Origin: Adineta vaga
Taxonomy: Eukaryota > Animalia > Rotifera
Assembly (NCBI GenBank): GCA_021613535.1
Contig: CP075497.1
Location: 9,884,585 to 9,948,584 of the forward strand
Length of the DNA stretch: 64,000 nucleotides
Direction: 5' to 3'
Shown: positions 60,648 to 64,000 of the stretch, in pieces
Numbering within the stretch: the first letter of the stretch is position 1
Layout: every line of letters begins with the position of its first letter
Translations under genes and position numbers: made by a program
Notes under the pieces: generated by a model
Told to the model about the DNA's origin: nothing
Seen by the model: only the letters and a program-made list of their open reading frames with translations
Database searches by the model: none

Positions 60648-63600
60648 AAGAATGATGAGTGGCTCTCTGTCACCGTTGTAATACTGACCGTCTATTCTTT
60701 TTGTTAGTCACAGTACGATATAATCTGTTGTCTAGAGTTCAACAATACCTATTGAAAGAATATGGAGAGAAATCACTAGAATGTGTGAAGTATATTCAAT
60801 ATTCCTCTAACGGAACACATAGTGTGATCATATTTAATATAGTTGTAAAAAAGAAAACGAAAGAAATCTAAAAGAAAAATATTTCATATGTTAATTTTAT
60901 GTTAACAACAATATAAAAAGAAAAGGAAAGATATAGAATATTTGTTTGTAAAAAGATAAATCTTTCTTTAATCCGCTTTTCATATTTTATCTTTCAATAT
61001 TATTTGGATATGTAATGAAAGACAAGAAAGTACTCAATTATCATAAGAAGCTTTGATGATAATCCAAAAAGATGTACATACAGTCTTTATTCATGATAGA
61101 AATGAGGAAGACAAATTAAGAGTGCATGATAGCATCTCCGGAAGGAACTCAACATGAAATACACAATTCTTCTATTTCAAAACTTAATCTCTTTCTTTAT
61201 TTCCTTTATTTAATACAAAGGTAGATGTATTAATCTGATTTTCATGCACATTTTCAATTGACAGATGGAATATGTCAAACGTATCCGCTCTTCTCATTTT
61301 TTTGTCTTCTATCGTTAACTACCTCGTTTGAATGTTTGTATTCATTGTACTTTTTACGTTTGATCAATAGATAATACATTGACATGATTGTTTGTAGTTG
61401 CGGAATGATCTATCAATCGAAACGGACAGCACGCAATAGACTCTTTTTAAATAGATCTATGAGCATATGTCGGAAAGGAAGAATATGTATCGTCCTTCTT
61501 CTACTTCTTTTGATCTTCATTTACTCAATAAAATGAATACTTCAAAGCACACACACATATATGCACACGTACATGAATTGAAATCAAAAAAGAAAGTAAG
61601 CTATTCACACACAACATGGACGCATATGGACTGAGGAGACTATACTTGATGTGCTTGAAAATAAAAGAATGAATGCTGATTAATGATAGACTCAAGAGAA
61701 TTATTAGTTTTCTTTATGCTTGTCTTTGTCATTTGCCGTTGGAGAAATTGACAATGTTTTTATGAAATTGACCCCATGGGCAATTAACTTTTCTCTTTTT
61801 ACTATTCAAAAGTTTTGATCATTTGTCAGATACTAAAAGAAAAACCTGAATGTCTGCAATTTGCTTGAAGAAAAAGGATATCTAACTCATCATGTTCATT
61901 TGTAAATAAAACCTTTTTGTCTAATGATTGTTGACATTTATGATCGTCAATCATCATCATCATTGTCATAAATTACAGCTGCATTTCTACTTGGCTTCTC
62001 TTTCTTCTTTCTATTCTTGAAGATTGATGTACAACAAACCTCGAAGACAGACCAGGTTTTTTCCTTGAAGTAATGAGTACATCAGTACTGATCAAAAGAA
62101 AGACAAGAATGTTCTTGTGAACTTATACCTTATTACTTTGCTTCATTTCTTTCAATCAAACATCTGTTCATTCAGTTGAAGTAATATTCCTAGACTGATT
62201 TCAATTAAAATACTTTCGAAGAAAAGTTAAATAAATAAAAGGACATTTTTGAATGTTATTTCATCTGTTCATATTTATTTCTGATATCTCAATATCATAC
62301 TGCTGATTATCAGATCTGATATGTTGATTTATTTTCTATTTGTTTAATTAGATCGAAAGAATGTTTAGGCACAGTTCTCATTAGTATTGATTACTTTCCA
62401 TATGTGACAATTAGCAAGCATTTCGACAAGATCGATATTTAACAATGATTACTTACAAAGTAATTGGCACATTTCAGTTAGAAGTTAAAGTTTTCTTTAG
62501 TCAAATACGACTTCAAATAAGATCAAAGCAAATAATGATGTTATTCTTAAAGATTGAAATGAAAATGCACGTGTGGACAGATTTGAAATTTTGTTTTTTA
62601 AGTGTTCAATAATATCCGTCAATAGGCTTCTCTACTTATTTGTTATACATTGTTAAAATGTTCATTAAAAGAAAAACAATATATTCAATTAGTTTCTTCG
62701 AAATGACCAATTCAATTAATGATTCATTTGCATTTTCTTTTCTAGAGATAAGTGATAAGATCATGTAAATATTGATTTCTAAATTGAGATGATTTAGCTG
62801 AAACAAGTCTACGAATGTTTTTTTGTGTGTTATCTATGATTTGATATCTTATTTCAACATCTTATGTTCGCAATTAGAAGACAATTAAGAAAAGAGCTCT
62901 ACAGAATGATATGTCTTGATGTTTAAATAGATTATTCAGAGAAAATAAATCGAATATTTATCATTTTAATATACATAGAAAAGAAAATCAGATGAACACA
63001 AAAAACAATATTGATGAATATATACATTAGAGATTTATATAAGTTATTTGACAACTGTTGTTATCATAACACACGGGATTACGGATAGGGTTGTCTATAA
63101 ACTACACTCTATCTATGCTCTGTGATTTGTTATTTGATATATGAGAAATTTTGGCAATTTACTATACAAGTTGTATCATTAGAAACGACTGTTGTTTATC
63201 AGTAATCGCATTGAACAGTAATGATTAATTGTATTGATGATTTGTAAAAAAAAAAGAAGAAAATCTGCATTGTTTGAACGGAGTAATCAATGATCGATAA
63301 TTGTCTACGTATAATTTCAGTAATATACGAGCAGAATATTTATAGCGTGATAGGTTGTATGTTTGAAGTTGAACTATTAGTTGATAACCTTCCAAGATGT
63401 TTTTGAACTATTAGTACACCCGCAAGTAACAAATCGGCGAAGCAGAATAACTTTCATCTTTAAATAACACGTCTCTATTCATGTAATGAATGGATTCACT
63501 TCAAATTGCATTATTCTGCATGAACTATTTTGTTCAACAAATTATGAATGCATTATGACAAAGTTACTGTAATTAAACTAATGAAATGTATAAATAAAAT

Positions 63601-64000
63601 ATTATTTTATCATACAATGAAGAACAATGAGTTGCTCTATTTATTTACTAAGAATTTAGCAAATGAGAAAAGGAAAGATTCACAATGTAAATCTCATATT
63701 CTTCTACATTCACATTAGTTAGTAGAACTTCTCAACAATCAACATACATCAGTATTCTTCTTTAGAAATCGAAACAAATCTTTTCGATTGTATATGACAT
63801 TTAGACAATGGAAGAAAAGGTGTGAAGAATCTATTTCAATCCATTCGATCATTATCCAATGTAATCGGCATTATCAGAATATGTCAGTGATGAACCTTTT
63901 GATTGACATGTACTGTTTCTGCAATTAATCTGATTGTTTGAACTTTGAAGGTGTGTTGCATAGACATGGTAAGGGAGATGTGTTCGAGCAATTTTATTGA

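Noticed and set aside
1-64000. Prokaryote-style features (operons, RBS, CRISPR arrays, phage or defence islands) and tRNA genes
   Set aside because: The sequence is plainly eukaryotic: spliced genes with conserved metazoan proteins. I found no direct-repeat/spacer arrays. I found no tRNA-like sequences (no GTTCGAATC-type T-arm motifs with matching acceptor stems) on inspection, though a formal tRNAscan run was not possible.

Overview
This window is eukaryotic (metazoan) nuclear DNA. It is AT-rich, densely packed with multi-exon genes, and its introns are short (mostly about 45-75 nt, GT-AG). It contains no prokaryotic features (no operons, CRISPR arrays or tRNA-like sequences). No transposase or reverse-transcriptase ORFs were found. 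About 18 protein-coding genes can be supported by motif-level reading of the six-frame track plus manual exon joining. From start to end they are: the 3' end of an unidentified gene with an acidic tail (1-960); a membrane-anchored M1 aminopeptidase-N-like gene whose catalytic motifs are all substituted (1282-5146, +); a doublecortin-domain/EML-type WD40 fusion gene (DCX-EMAP-like, 5670-9963, +); an SDS22-type LRR/LRRcap protein (about 10399-12015, +); a FAM166/CIMIP2-like axonemal protein with repeated [I/L]PxYTG[Y/H][I/L]P motifs (12202-14092, -); a PWWP-domain protein with AT-hook-like motifs (14451-16689, +); an RPGRIP1/RPGRIP1L orthologue (about 17524-22568, -); an LRRC45-like RNI-type LRR plus coiled-coil protein (23273-26460, -); a complete TEP1 gene (telomerase/vault protein component 1: TROVE, vWA, NACHT and WD40; 27080-35717, +); an orphan 192-aa ORF (35960-36538, +); an unidentified small multi-exon gene (about 36850-37860, -); an inward-rectifier K+ channel (37964-39380, -); a claudin/PMP22-superfamily-like tetraspan (40151-41305, +); a LIS1/PAFAH1B1 orthologue resolved exon by exon (41694-43722, +); a Fes/Fer-type tyrosine kinase with F-BAR, SH2 and kinase regions (44815-48223, -); and two tandem DDIT4/REDD1-like genes (51292-53411 and 56053-56910, both -) that share a 455-nt tract of about 99% identity. 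The last ~16 kb is gene-poor, microsatellite-rich and of low complexity. The compaction and intron size suggest a small invertebrate genome (bdelloid-rotifer-like or flatworm-like), but this is a guess from composition only. The observations most worth a second look are the catalytically dead aminopeptidase, the run of cilium/centrosome/microtubule genes across 5.6-26.5 kb, the reading-frame discontinuity and RGG-box insertion inside the TEP1 TROVE domain, a GC-AG intron in LIS1, and the REDD1 tandem pair with a gene-conversion-like tract and different intron structure in the two copies.
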